Positions 25,341 through 38,968 are shown, numbered from the stretch's first letter. The stretch: DNA of 64,000 nt from Octopus sinensis (GCF_006345805.1 NC_043013.1:49848001-49912000); one strand, 5' to 3'. A program made the numbers and translations. Notes: generated by a model not told the origin, from the letters alone.

Positions 25341-25764
25341 GTACAGGTAACTCTTTTCCAATGTTCAGATGGCTTCCAGTCCTCATGTCAGCTTACTTTT
25401 TACTCAACTATAACCTTTATGCTCTCCAAAGCTGTTGGCTCTTCACTATTACATCGAGCTCTTCATGAAAAAAGACATTAAAAAAGTGTCAAATTTAGCC
25501 CAGACAACCTCTATCTATATATGTATGTATATATGTGTGCATGTGTTTATGTTTGTGCCCCACCATTGCTTGATAACCACTGTTGGTTTGTTTATGTCTT
25601 CATAATCGTCGCAGTTTAGCAAAAAAACACCAATAGAATAAGTACCAGGCTTAGAAAAAAGTACAGGGGTTATTTGACTGAACCCTTCAAAGCTGTGCCC
25701 CTGCATGGCCACAGTCCAATGACTGAAGCAGGTAAAAGACAGAAGATGAAGATGTGTGTGTGTG

Positions 25765-25802
<38 letters not shown>

Positions 25803-26269
25803 GTCATGGCAGATTCTAGTGTCATGCAAATGGCACATAAATGCATCCATCATACTATTGGAGTGGTATATATATATATATATATATATATCACTCCAAG
25901 AATATATATATATACACACACACACACCGTTATATATAACTTTAGCTAGAAAAATAAAGTAAGATAGTGGTGATTTCCTCAATCATCTCTATCTTACTTT
26001 ATTTATTTTTCTAGATTTCTTTATTTTATTTTATCCCTAATCATATCCCTAATCAATCTGTAAACCCTTCACCCAAGCATATAATAATAATACAAATTAT
26101 AAACCATGATATTTAGTCTGTTGAAATGAATTCATAAGTGCACATACATCTCTAGGTACTTTTTTTTTCTCTGATGAAATTATGCTTATGTCATATTTAA
26201 AGCACAAATTTGTAATTAAATTATTCAGTATTAATTGAAATGGTTGTAAGAAACGAAGATGACCATCAT

Positions 26270-27620
26270 CATCATCGTTGTCGTCGTTGAACATCCGCTT
26301 TCCATGCTAGCATGGGTTGGACGATTTGACTGGGCTAGCGAACCAGATGGCTGCACCAAGGCCCAGTCTTGATCTGGCAGAGTTTCTACAGCTGGATGCC
26401 CTTCCTAACGCCAACCACTTCAAGAGTGTAGTGGGTGCTTTTACGTGCCACCGGCATGGGAGCCAGTCAGGCGGTACTGCCAACGACCATGCTCGAATTT
26501 TTTTACAGGTGCCAGTAAGGCGATGCTGGTAACGATCCCGCTTGAATGGTGCCTCCCACATGCCACTGGCACGGAAGCCAGTTAGCCGCTCTGGCAATGA
26601 TCACGCTCAGATGGTGCTCTTAGCACCCTACGTGTATGAGGCACAAGTGCCAGTAAGGCAAGGCTGGCAACGATCACACTCGTATGGTGCTCGTGCCCGT
26701 CATCGAATTTCACTTTGATTTTGATTTCAGTTTCAACTTCACTTGCCTCAACAGATCTTCGCAAGCAGAGATTAGTGTTCAAAGAAGGAAAAGGTATGCA
26801 CAAGTGGGCTGGTTACACCCCCGGCACAGGCAAACGAGGTTATGGTCTCATTTGGCTTGCCGGGTCTTCTCAAGCACAGCATATTTCCAAAGGTCTTGGT
26901 CACTAGTCATTTCCTTGGTGAGGCCTAAAGTTCGAAGGTCGTGCTTCACCACTTCATCCCAGGTCTTCCTGGGTCTACCTCTTCCACAGGTTCCCTCAAC
27001 CGCTAGGGTGTGGCACTTTTTCACACAGCTGTCCTCATCCATACATAACACATGACCATATCAAAGCAGCCATCTCTCTTGCGCACCACATTTGATGCTT
27101 CTTATATCCAACTTTTCTCCCAGGGTGCTTACGCTCTGTTGTGTATGCACACTGACATTACACATCTAGTGGATCCTACTAGCTTCATTTCTTTCAAGCC
27201 TACGCATGCCCTCAGCAGTCATGGCCCATATTTCACTGCAGTGTAGCATGGCTGTTCATACTCGTGCATCATACAGTCTACCTTTTACTCTGAGCGAGAG
27301 GCCCTTTGTTACCAGCAGGGGTAAGAGCTCTCTGAACTTTGCCCAAGCTATTCTTATTCTAGCAGCTACACTTTCAGCGCACCCTCCCCCACTACTGACT
27401 TGGTCACCTAGGTAATGGAAGCTATCAACTACTTCTAGTTTTTCTCCCTGGAATGTGACAGAAGCTGTTTTCTGCACATTTTCAGTGTTTATTGCTCCTG
27501 AACATCTGCCACATACAAAAGCTATCTTCCCAGTTAGCCTTCCTTTGATATTGCTGCACCTCTTATGTGTCCATAGCTTACACTGGGTACATCTTATAGA
27601 GTTTCTACCTACACAATAAA
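26270..27620 (-). mobile_element. RTE LINE 3' portion (RT C-terminus + 3' UTR)
   Basis: RCTQCKLWTHKRCSNIKG, GTCGRGRPRKTWDEVV, (CAT)n on the + strand. Confidence 0.9.
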
Positions 27621-27655
27621 TAATTGTTAACTTCCTTATCTCCATTTAGATTTCT

Positions 27656-27695
<40 letters not shown>

Positions 27696-28303
27696 AACAA
27701 AAACACAAGAGAGGGCATTAAAATATTCGGACAGATAGACTATACAAAGGTGGAAAAGAAAAACAACAAGAAAAGACGGGTCATTCGTGGCTTTCTTTCC
27801 TCAGTCAAGTCCCAGAAGTCACAACCATTTCAGGCAGTTACACTTGACATGGTTCGATCTGGTTGCCCCCCAAAAAGTCTAAGCTAAGAGCATTAGATCC
27901 CTTTGTAACAAAGCTAGCGAATGTGTACAGCAATAAAGGCAAAAAAACAAATAAACAAAAACCGGAGAACATGGTACACAATTACAAATACAAACAACAA
28001 GAAGTAACAACAGGTGTCTTTCGACTGAGAATGAATCAAATTGAGCTGGTGTGTATGAAGTGAAAGCCTAAAGGCAGGAACATAGGAGATGGACATATGA
28101 GGTGTTGGCAGTCGGCGGTCAGGCCAAGAAAGAAAGATCATGGCTGGCCAGACACTGGTCACGTAGAAGGAGGAGAGATGGGGAGGGGGCAACGGAATTG
28201 AAGGATTAGAAAAAAAAACAAAGAGAAAAGTACTGGGGAGATAAACAAGTGGGAGTTAAAGAAAGAGAGACCAAGAAATGTAATAGAGTAAGAGTCGTAC
28301 AAA

Positions 28304-28363
<60 letters not shown>

Positions 28364-28515
28364 AGGTAAATTTATGGTTAATAAAAATAAAATATTCATT
28401 TATAAGGTATAAATAAAATTATAAAAGTTTATACGTGTACATATATATAAGAACTTTTAGATTGGTAGCCACTACACACATTTTTTTTCTCTCGTTGTTT
28501 TTTTTTTCTGTGTCC

Positions 28516-28551
28516 CTTTCTGTAGAAGAGCGTAGGCTCGAAACGTAAAAG
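28516..28551 (+). ncRNA. Hammerhead-like motif with A6U core variant
   Basis: CTTT CTGTAGA A GAGC-gtag-GCTC GAAA CGTA AAAG. Confidence 0.35.
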
Positions 28552-28647
28552 ACTTTTTCTATACTACGTGAACTCTCCTATATATATATACACACACACA
28601 CATATACATGCACACACACATACATATACATGCATATATATGTATAC

Positions 28648-28687
<40 letters not shown>

Positions 28688-28879
28688 TTTGTACTCCTCA
28701 TCCCTATAAATGAAATTAATATAGACCCATATTAATCAATCGGAGCCCATTGGTTAATGAAATTTTTAAATAGTTTGCTTACTCAATAGTGCTTCTAGAA
28801 AAGTAATATCTATTCTTAATGGTTTTAGTAAAATGTTGATGTTTAAATACACATACACAGTTGGAATCAAACTCAATTG

Positions 28880-30090
28880 CGAAGACCTGTTGAGGCACGT
28901 GAAATCGAAATCAAACTCTGTGACTGGCATCCGTTGCTAGTGGAGCGCTAAGAGTACCATATGAGTGAGATTGTTGCCAGAGCAACAAGCTGGCCTCTGT
29001 GCAGATGGCACGTTAAAAACACCATTCGAGCGTGATCGTTACCACGTCGCCTTACTTGCACTTGTGCAGATGGCACGTTAAAAACACCATTCGAGCGTGA
29101 TCGTTCCACGTCGCCTTACCACTTGTGCACACTTACTTCGACGACGTGATCGCCACGTACTTGCACTTGTGCAGATGGCACGTTAAAAACACCATTCGAG
29201 CGTGATCGTTACCACGTCGCCTTACTTGCACTTGTGCAGATGGCACGTTAAAAACACCATTCGAGCGTGATCGTTACCACGTCGCCTTACTTGCACTTGT
29301 GCAGATGGCACGTTAAAAACACCATTCGAGCGTGATCATTACCACGTCGCCTTACTTGCACTTGTGCAGATGGCACGTTAAAAACACCATTCGAGCGTGA
29401 TCGTTACCGCATTGCCTTACTTGCACTTGTGCAGATGGCACGTTACAAACACATTCGACTCGTACACTTCGCTTACTGCACTTGATGGCACGTTAAAAAC
29501 ACCATTCGAGCGTGATCGTTACCACGTCGCCTTACTTGCACTTGTGCAGATGGCACGTTAAAAACACCATTCGAGCGTGATCGTTACCGCATTGCCTTAC
29601 TTGCACTTGTGCAGATGGCACGTTAAAAACACCATTCGAGCGTGATCGTTACCACTTCCTTACTTGCACTTGTGCAGTGCACGTTAAAACCCCATTCGAT
29701 CAGCATTACTTGCACTTGTGCAGATGGCACGTTAAAAACACCATTCGAGCGTGATCGTTACCGCATTGCCTTACTTGCACTTGTGCTGGTGGCACGTGAA
29801 AAAAAACATTCGAGCGAGGTCATCGCCAGTGCCGCTGGACTGGCTCCTGTGGAGGTGGCACATAAAAAGCACCATTTGAGCGTGGCCGTTGCCAGTACCA
29901 CCAAACTGGCCCTCGTGCCAGTGGCACGTAAAAGCACCTACTACACTCTCGGAGTGGTTGGTGTTAGGAAGGGCATTCAGCTGTAGAAACTCTGCCAGAT
30001 CAGATTGGAGTCTGGTTCGCCAGACCTCAGTCAAATCGTCCAACCCATGCTAGCATGGAAGGCGGATGTTAAATGATGATGATGATGATG
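28880..30090 (+). mobile_element. RTE 3' UTR insertion containing an expanded minisatellite
   Basis: gaagacctgttgaggc start, tandem array, (GAT)n tail. Confidence 0.85.
29001..29785 (+). repeat. 65-bp tandem minisatellite (about 12-13 units)
   Basis: Unit gcagatggcacgttaaaaacaccattcgagcgtgatcgttaccacgtcgccttacttgcacttgt; starts at 29001, 29066, 29171, 29236, 29301, 29366, 29431, 29546, 29611, 29720, plus deletion-rich units. Confidence 0.95.
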
Positions 30091-30324
30091 CAGGTATATG
30101 TATGTACAATTAATCCCTACATATACATACACACATATGCATATACATATTCATGCACAATATCTATAATAATAAATGCCAAAACGAATCTCTGTGTGTC
30201 CGAGTGTCACATTTGACCCCCTCTCTCAATATTCAATGACACTTCTACTTCTCTTGCTGGGGTGAGAGTAATAGTAGGCATAGAGACAGTGAGGGCAGTA
30301 GTAGATTGACGGTTGTGATGGTAA

Positions 30325-30557
30325 GGCGGCGAGCTGGCAGAAGCGTTAGCACGCTGGGCGAAGTGCGTAGCCGTATATCGTCTGCCGTTACGTTGTGAGT
30401 TCAAATTCCGCCGAGGTCAACTTTGCCTTTCATCCTTTCAGGGTCGATAAATTAAGTACCAGTTACGCACTGGGGTCGATGTAATCGACTTAATCCGTTT
30501 GTCTGTCCTTGTTTGTCCTCTCTGTGTTTAGCCCCTTGTAGGTAGTAAAGAAATAGG
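30325..30557 (+). mobile_element. Family C SINE
   Basis: Full-length copy ggcggcgagctggcag...aaagaaatagg. Confidence 0.85.
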
Positions 30558-31224
30558 TAATGAGGTGGTAGTAATAGTATGAATTCTAGTTGTGATAGAG
30601 GCAGAGACGATTGTGATGATGGTGGTGGTGGTGGTGGTGGTGGTAGCCGAGGTGGTCAGGGATGATGGTGATAGTAAGCAGTGTGAAAGACTGTGGTGAT
30701 GGTGGTGGAGAGGAAGGCAGCAATGTCAAAGGTATTGATGGTGGTGGTGTCAGAAGTTTGAATGGTGTGTGTATGGCAGTTGTGGTGGCGATACTGATGG
30801 TTGAAAACAATCAACAGAAAGATAGAGAGAGAGAGAGAAAGAGGTTAGACAGAAGAAAAAATTGCACTGACCCCCAAATGGGAAGACAAAATATATTGTT
30901 TATCATGCAGTTTTGCAATAAGTTCCAAGTTGACAAATTATACCAGTTTTTTGATGAAAATTGTTCATTGCTTGAAAAATATCAGTCACGTTTAATAAAA
31001 TTTAGTATGTACTTCAATGCATGAAGTGTCATTGTTGAGCCCAGGGCCCAGTGAAGAGGAGCTAGCTTCAAAGCCACCTGATGGGGCAGCTTTTAAGTTA
31101 GTATATATATAAATATAAAAATATATGTATATATGTGTGTACATACACACACACACACACACATATACCTATACACACATTCATACATACCCATACAGAC
31201 ATGCGCTCACACATAGATATATAT

Positions 31225-31895
31225 ATAATCTCATGGCCTGTGCCAGGGGCGTAACCAGCCCAATTGTACGTAACCTTTTCCTTCTTTGGTCACTAAAACT
31301 CTGCTTGCGAAGACCTGCTGAGGCAAGTGAAATCAAATCAAATCAATCAAAATCAAATTTGATGACTGGCGTCCGTGCTAGCAGGGTGCAAAGAGCACCA
31401 TACGAGCATCATCATTGACAGAGTGGCTAACCGGCTTCCATGCCAGTGGCACTTAAAGGTTACCATTCGAAGTGTGATCGTTACCAGCATTGCCTTACTG
31501 GCACTTGTGCCCATGCTAGTAGGGTACCAAGAGCACCATCCCAGTGTGATCGTTGCCAGAGCAGGCAACTGGCTTCCGTGCCGGTGACACATAAAAGGGC
31601 ACCATTCGAGTGTGATCGTTACCAAAGTTGCCTTACTAGCACCTGTGCTGGTGGCATGTGTAAAAGGATTCGAGCGAGGTCGTTGCCAGTATCACCTGAC
31701 TGGCCCCCGTGCCGGTGGCATGTGAAAAGCACCCACTACACTCTCGGAGTGGTTGGCGTTAGGAAGGGCATCCAGCTGTAGAAACTCTGCCAAATCAAGA
31801 TTGGAGACTGGTGCAACCATCTGGTTCGCCAGCCCTCAGTCAAAATCGTCCAACCCATGCTAGCATGGAAATCAGATATTAAATGATGATGATGA
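31225..31895 (+). mobile_element. RTE 3' UTR insertion
   Basis: Same UTR family, (GAT)n tail. Confidence 0.85.
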
Positions 31896-32417
31896 TACCT
31901 ATATACATACACACACACATGTACATAAATACACACATACACCCATAAATATGTGTGTGTGTGTGTGTGTATGTATATATACTCGGTGCAATGGGTAAAT
32001 TGTTGCTATTTTAATAATTTTAATTTCGCTCATTGTTTGTTTTTGATTTTGTCAACTACACAGTATGGTAGGGACAGTTGGGCACCGTCTGTGAGAAAAA
32101 CAGCACCATGACGCAATTCACTCTGTCAAAAATTTGGAAACAACATGCTGAACTGCTTGACATTTACACCGGAAGCTCCAATACAAACATTTCGGAGTCC
32201 CTTCCAATCAATCTGTGTGGTACCAACCATGACTCAAGTGTTTAAGTGAAGAAAGAATATCACCAGTTTCTGCTTCTACTTTCCACTTCTTAACTGTTTT
32301 TTCTGAGATTTTACAAAAACAACAAAAATATTATGCTTCTTTTTTTGTTTTGCTCTTTCTGTATCATCATTGTTTGTACCTCCTCTGCTTTATAAATTTC
32401 AACAATTGCTGTTTTCT

Positions 32418-32690
32418 GATGCCAGCCTTGCCTTGTCCCTGTGCTGGTGGCACGTAAAAAGCACCATCCGATCATGGCCATTGCCAGCCTCGCCTGGCCC
32501 CCGTGCCGGTGGCACATAAAAAGCACCATCCAACCGTGGCCGTTTGCCAGCCCTGTCTGGCACGTAAAAAGCACCCACTACATTCACGGAGTGGTTGGCG
32601 TTAGGAAGGGCATCCAGCCGTAGAAACATTGCCAGATCAGACTGGGCCTGGTGCAGCCTTCTGGCCTCACAGACCCCAGTTGAACCGTCC
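32418..32690 (+). mobile_element. RTE 3' UTR fragment fused to a family B SINE 3' half (to about 32838)
   Basis: UTR stops at gaaccgtcc and continues into SINE B sequence. Confidence 0.75.
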
Positions 32691-32859
32691 TTGCGTCTCC
32701 ATAACTTGGCGGTTCAGCAAGGGAGACCGATAGAGTGGGTACTGGGCTTGCAAGGAATAAATACTGGGGTCGATTTGCTCGACTAAAGGCGGTGCTCCAG
32801 CATGGCCGCAGTCAAATGACTGAAACAAGTAAAAGAGATATATTTATACATGCATATAA

Positions 32860-33535
32860 AGTGTCACCCCCCAGCAGTAGAGTGAACCTGTAGAGGGAAA
32901 ACGTGTCATACTCTAGCAGTAGAGGGAACCTGTGAAAGAGGTAGACCCAGGAAGACCTGGGATGAGGTGGTGAAACATGACCTTCAAACATTGGGCCTCT
33001 CGGGGGTGATAACAAGTGACTGAGGTCTTTGGAGATATGCTGTGCTTGAGAAGACCTGGCAAGCTAAGTGAGGCCATAACCATGGCCTATGCTAGTGCAA
33101 TGTAACTGGCCCATTTAACAGCACCCTTCAATCATTGGGCAACAAACTGCGCTTGCGAAGACCTGTTGAGTTGAGTGAAATCATTGTTGTGGCTGATGAT
33201 AGTACTGCCTGATTGGCACCCATGCCGGTGGCACGTAAAAGGCACCATTTGAGCGTGGTTGATGCCAGTGCTGCCTGACTGGTCCCGTGCCGGTGGTACG
33301 TAAAAAGCACCATTCGAGTGTGATCATTGCCAGTGCCTCCTGACTGGTCTCGTGCCGGTGGCACATAAAAACCGCTCACTACGCTCTTGGAGTGGTTGTT
33401 GTTAGGAAGGGCATCCAGCTGTAGATAGTTTGCCAGATCAGATTGGAGCCTAGTGTAGCCTTCTGGCTTGCCAACTCTCAGTCAAACCATCCAACCCATG
33501 CCAGCATGGAAAGCAGACATTAACGATGATGATGA
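32860..33535 (+). mobile_element. RTE LINE 3' portion
   Basis: RGRPRKTWDEVVKHDL-type end, UTR with repeat units, (GAT)n tail. Confidence 0.85.
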
Positions 33536-33659
33536 TACACATATATATATAGTTACAGCCTGAAGATTGCTTGTTATTAAGACCTGCCTAGACCTTCATC
33601 TCCAAAGCAAGAAACTATTAGCAGCTCAAACTGTGTACATTAAATGATATACACACACA

Positions 33660-33873
33660 CACGGCCGTTTGCCAGCTTCCTCTGGCCCCTGTGCCGGTGG
33701 CGCGTAAAAATCACCCACTACACTCACGGAGTGGTTGGCGTTAGGAAGGGCATCCAGCTGTAGAAACATTGCCAGATCAGACTGGGCCTGGTGCAGCCTC
33801 CTGACTAACCAGGCCCCAGTTGAACCGTCCAACCCATGCTAGCATAGAAAACGGATGTTAAACAATGATGATG

Positions 33874-33875
<2 letters not shown>
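33660..33875 (+). mobile_element. RTE 3' UTR short insertion
   Basis: Tail family match. Confidence 0.8.
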
Positions 33876-33910
<35 letters not shown>

Positions 33911-34586
33911 TAGTGGGACCTGTGAATATTTCATGAAATTAATAGTAAACCTTTTGGCTTATTCTTGAAAACTTTATCCCAAAATCTTGGAAGCATACCC
34001 TGTGTTGTGTCTGTACCAAAAGATAGTTGCTCATCTGCTATTCATCAAAAGGTGAAGGAAATTGGAATACAATGATTACTTAATGCACTTTATATACATA
34101 AATAGAACGAACAAACAGAATGGTACTTAATACACAGCACTAAGATAAATATTCACTCTTACTTTCCCATTTTCCCCACAAACAGAAAAATTACAATTTA
34201 AAATTTACATGGTCCCAATTTCATATCTAGAAAACAAAAATTTTATAGTAAAATAATTATTTTATAATTAAGTTATAGGCATCACAATTTTGCAGGGGTA
34301 AAAATTTAATGCAACATGGCATACTCTGAAAACCACATCATTGATAACTTATAAGCCAAGGTGATGGGTCAGAGCCAATGCACGTTTTAATTTGTAGGTG
34401 ATGTAAAAAAAACTTACCTTATGTACTCATGTAAAAGTTGAATTTTTGAGACCATTTTTTTAAGGTCAAATTTACGGGATAATCTATTACGTACATACTA
34501 CTTTTGAGGGACTGAAATTCAAGCTAGAATCTGAAGTACCATAGCAGCAGCAGAAACCAAACTGATCTCTAAGCAAATAAAAACAA

Positions 34587-34969
34587 GCGCCGGAGTTGCT
34601 GTGTGGTAAGTAGCTTGCTAACCAACCACATGGTTGCGGGTTCAGTCCCACTGCGTGGCATCTTCTGCTATAGCCTCGGGCCGACCAAAGCCTTGTGAGT
34701 GGATTTGGTAGACAGAAACTGAAAGAAGCCTGTCGTATATATGTATATATATGTGTGTGTGTTTATGTGTCTGTGTTTGCACCTCTAGCATTGCTTGACA
34801 ACCAATGCTGGTGTGTTTACATCCCCGTCACTTAGCGGTTCGGCAAAAGAGACTGATAGAATAAGTACTGGGCTTACAATGAATAAGTCCCAGGGTTGAG
34901 TTGTTCGATTAAAGGCGGTGCTCCAGCATGGCCGCAGTCAAATGACAAACAAGTAAAAGAGTAAAGAGT
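34587..34969 (+). mobile_element. Family B SINE
   Basis: Copy with a small deletion in the CORE-like segment. Confidence 0.85.
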
Positions 34970-35219
34970 ACGCAAATAAAAACAGTAATATTACCAATTC
35001 TATGCATCAAAATATGCTTCCTAGTAAATAATAAACCCATAAACAAGACCACATGGCTATCGTGCAGTTTCCAGTGAATGTCCATAATATGGTGTAGAGT
35101 TGTTAATCTGGAGCAGGGATTCCCAAAGTGTGTTCTACAAAACCCCAGGGGTCCCACATTTTTTAAAATAATGTCAAAGGATTCCATGGTAAAAAAAGTT
35201 TGGGAACCACTGATATAGT

Positions 35220-35660
35220 CATCATCATCATCATTTAGCGTCCGCTTTCCATGCTAGCATGGGTTGGACGGTTCAACTGGGGTCTGTGAAACCAGAAGGC
35301 TACATCAGGCCCAGTCAGATCTGGCAGTGTTTCTACGGCTGGATGCCCTTCCTAACGCCAACCACTCCATGAGTGTAGTGGGGGTTTTTTACGTGCCACC
35401 CGCACAGGTGCCAGGTGAGGCTGGCAACGGCCACGAACAGATGGTGCTTTTTACGTGCCACCGGCACAGGGGCCAGGTGAGGCTGGCAACGGCCACGAGC
35501 GGATGGTGCTTTTTACGTGCCACCGGCACGGAGGCCAGTCGGGGCGACGCTGGCAACAGCCACGATCAGATGGTTCCCTTACTTGTCACCGGCACTGGTA
35601 TCACAGCTGCAATTTCCATTGATGTTGATCGACTTCGATTTTGGTTCTGCTTTCTGATAT
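35220..35660 (-). mobile_element. RTE 3' UTR insertion
   Basis: (CAT)n plus 3-4 repeat units. Confidence 0.85.
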
Positions 35661-35995
35661 CTGATTTGATTACCTAAATGTGATAGCGATTAACTAAATG
35701 TTTTTAGACTTTCTGGAGTCATGCCTTTGTATGAATTCATGCAGTAGTGTTTGCTGATGTTCACCAATAGTGCCTGTGAGACATGTGTCTCACCATGCAA
35801 ACAGACGCGCATGTGACACATGTTTATTGCATTTGGAGATAAGGAAAATATAAAGGTTGCATGGGAACCACTGATCTAGCGATTAATTAAATGTTCTTAG
35901 GTTTACTAAACCTGCCTTTGTACGAATTTAGACCGTGGCTTTGCCAGTGTTTGCCAATGGGGCTGTCTGTGAAACATGTTTCTCATCATGTTTCT

Positions 35996-36383
35996 CGCAG
36001 GAGTGGCTGTGTGGTAAGTAGCTTGCTTCCGGGTTCAGTCCCACTGCGTGGCACCTTGGGCAAGTGTCTTCTACTATAGCCTCGGGCCGACCAAAGCCTT
36101 GTGAGTGGATTTGGTAGACGGAAACTGAAAGAAGCCCATCTTATATATGTATATATATGTATGTGTGTGTTTGTGTGTCTGTGTTTGTCTCCCTAGCATT
36201 GCTTGACAACCGATGCTGGTGTGTTTACGTCCCCATGACTTAGCGGTTCGGCAAAAGAGACCGATAGAATAAATACTGGGCTTTACAAAAGAATAAGTCC
36301 CGGGGTCGAATTGCTCGATTAAAGGCGGTGCTCCAGCATGGCCGCAGTCAAATGACTGAAACAAGTAAAAGAGTAAAAGAGTA
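35996..36383 (+). mobile_element. Family B SINE
   Basis: Copy with a short deletion in the head. Confidence 0.85.
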
Positions 36384-36409
36384 TGTAAACGAGTATATGC
36401 TGCATGTGT

Positions 36410-36808
36410 TTATTTATTTCTTTATTGCCCACAGGGGTACAAACAAGGACAGATAAAGGGATTAAGTTGATTAGATCGACTCCAGTGCATAACTGGTACT
36501 TATTTAATCAGCTCCAAATGGATGAAAGGCAAGGTTGACCTCGGCAGAATTTGAACTCAGAACATAATGGCAGATGAAATACTTATTTCTTTATTACCCA
36601 CAAGGGGCTAAACACAGAGGGGACAAACAAGGACAGACATAGGTATTAAGTCGATTACATCGACCCCAGTGCGTTACTGGTACTTAATTTATCGACCCCG
36701 AAAGGATGAAAGGCAAAGTCGACCTCGGCGGAATTTGAACTCACAACGTAACGCAGACGAAATACCACTTAGCATTTCACCCAGCATGCTAACGATTCTG
36801 CCAGCTCG
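36410..36808 (-). mobile_element. Two tandem family C SINE copies
   Basis: Diverged 3' part (about 36410-36575) adjacent to a younger full copy (about 36580-36808). Confidence 0.8.
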
Positions 36809-37699
36809 ATACATGTTTATTGTGCTTGAAGACGTATGCAGGCTTGCAGTATAACCTGTGCATACATTTTAGTAATGGTGATGTAGCACCCATCAACAGA
36901 TGTGTAGTGCTCGCGATTAAATGGTGTTTTACTATAAGCATCAAGCATTCCATTATAAGCACCAAGCATTCCACCTATGGAGCAGGCTACAGTAAGGCAG
37001 CCACACAATTTTGTAACAGTTTTATTTCTACGTACAGGACAATATGGTACCTTGACCCACAAAGGTTGTCCTATTGTTCATAAAATACTAGGGTTGACTT
37101 TTATATGGGATCTATGGAAAATATCCAATCTTTTGACCAAAAACAGGGGGTCGACTATTACTGAAGTATATATGGTAGTTCAGTTTTTAAAAATTACTTT
37201 TCATTATACACTCACCATCTCTCTCTCTCCGTGCCTTTCTTTAATCTCACTAAAAGAAGAGTTTAGGAAGGCCAGATTTTACTTGGAAATTACATGGGAG
37301 ATTATACCAGGTAACTTTCTGGTTTCTATTTTCTCTTTTAGAATTAGTGCTCTCGGGTATGTAGGCAATTGTTATTAGTCTGTTGCAAGGCCAACATGGG
37401 AGGGGTTAAGTTTAGGTGTTTGTCAGTATGAGTGGTTTGTGTTTCTGGGTGCAGAAAGTTTTCTCGGTTGCTATTATGATTATGAAAGGTCTTGGTGTCG
37501 TGTTGGGTATTGTGCTTGGTCATATGAGATTTTTTTTCAGAATACCCACTTCTGGTAATAGCCTTGTTATAGTACCCTGCTTTGTTGTCAAAGATTTGCT
37601 TGTTTGCAGATAGTTTAGAAACCCTAATAGAGACATTTTTTTACTATTTGATTTATAATTGATCTAGGGAGATTAAGTTTGCGTGAACATAATATAAAT

Positions 37700-38500
37700 T
37701 TTCTCGTCATGTTTCCAAGTTTTTATTGTTGTATATAGGTGAGATGTGCAATCATAATTTTACATCCAAGGTGTAGAATGCATCTCTCCTCAGGTGATTG
37801 TTTAGCCCTTTAATGTTCAGATTACTCTGTTAAATTTAATGCTTTTTCACTCAAATTGTTTTGAATTAATCACACATTATCTCATAGCTTTGAGGTTTCA
37901 ATGATGTGATTATTTATTTTTTAGAATGTCAATGTAGGTTAGGTGTGAGAGGCTAGATATGGCTAGTTCAAATATAAAACATGTAGAATATTTGGGCCAG
38001 ATATGGCCGGTTTAAACACTAAAGGGTTAAATAAGTTCTTTACTAGATCCTCTCAGTTTGATAATGTATATTCAAACTGATGCGTTACTGCCAGCAGTAT
38101 ACAGACAATACCAAAACCATAAATATAGTGACAGCAAAATAAAATTACAGCCAAAATATAGGTAAGGGTAATATAATCCTGATGTGATGTCAAGTGTCAC
38201 GTCTAAGAAGTTGACTGCTTTAGTGTTAGTTTCAAAAGTAAGGGAGAGGTTGTAATTCCTAAATAGCTTTCTAAGGTTTTTTAAAGTTCCTTTGATCTGT
38301 GATGGATTATGACCTTCCAGGGTTAGTAAGCAGTCATCCCTGTAGCGTCCACCCTCAAGGTTAGGAAAGTGTGTTTTAACAATGTAGAGTAGGTCGGATC
38401 CAACTAGATCCCTAACTTGCACAGAGTTCATAGGGCCCATTGTTATATTGAAGTTGTTGGAAAAGGTACCATGTGTCCATAAAAGACCCCCTTCGGTCAT
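37700..38500 (-). mobile_element. Penelope-like RT fragment and terminal repeat
   Basis: ORF 38072-38500: FNITMGP...DLVG...GRYRDDCL...NFLDVTLDITSGLYYPY; terminal segment repeated inverted at about 39680-39905. Confidence 0.8.
37806..38026. mobile_element. piggyBac-type MITE (same family)
   Basis: TTAG|cccttt...aaaggg|TTAA; empty site visible at about 39808-39813. Confidence 0.85.
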
Positions 38501-38502
38501 GA

Positions 38503-38810
38503 ATGACCATGGGATTGCACCTAGAAAGTTACCCTCCTAGACACAAGTCCGGGCAAGGTTGTTTATGGAAGACCAGCAGTCGCCCATGCATACCAGCCTC
38601 CCCTCTCCACACCACCAGTGTTATCCAAGGGAAAGACAAAGGTCGATACAGCTTGGCACCAGTGACGTCGCAACTCATTTCTACAGCTGAGTGAACTGGA
38701 GCAACGTGAAATAAAGTGCCTTGCTCAAGAACACAACACGCAGCCCGGTCCGGGATTCGAGCTCACAACCTCACGATCGTAAGCTCGATGCTCTAACCAC
38801 TGAGCCATGC
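38503..38810 (-). mobile_element. tRNA-derived CORE-like SINE (family D)
   Basis: Minus strand: A box tggctcagtgg, B box gctcgaatcc, CORE-like gttcttgagcaaggcacttt. Confidence 0.75.
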
Positions 38811-38968
38811 GATAAGTTTCTATCAAACTTGATGACAGGTAGGTGGGGTGGGAGGGGAGAAGGAAGGTAATTTGGGTGCTTAAAGGAAACAGTTGACATG
38901 TACCGAAATGGTCACTCTCAGCCTACTTACCACTTTATTATCTCTAAATGTTTTATTTTCATTCTTTA

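Noticed and set aside
29001-29785. CRISPR-like array
   Set aside because: The whole 65-bp unit repeats with no unique spacers, the context is eukaryotic with no cas genes, and it is an RTE 3' UTR minisatellite.
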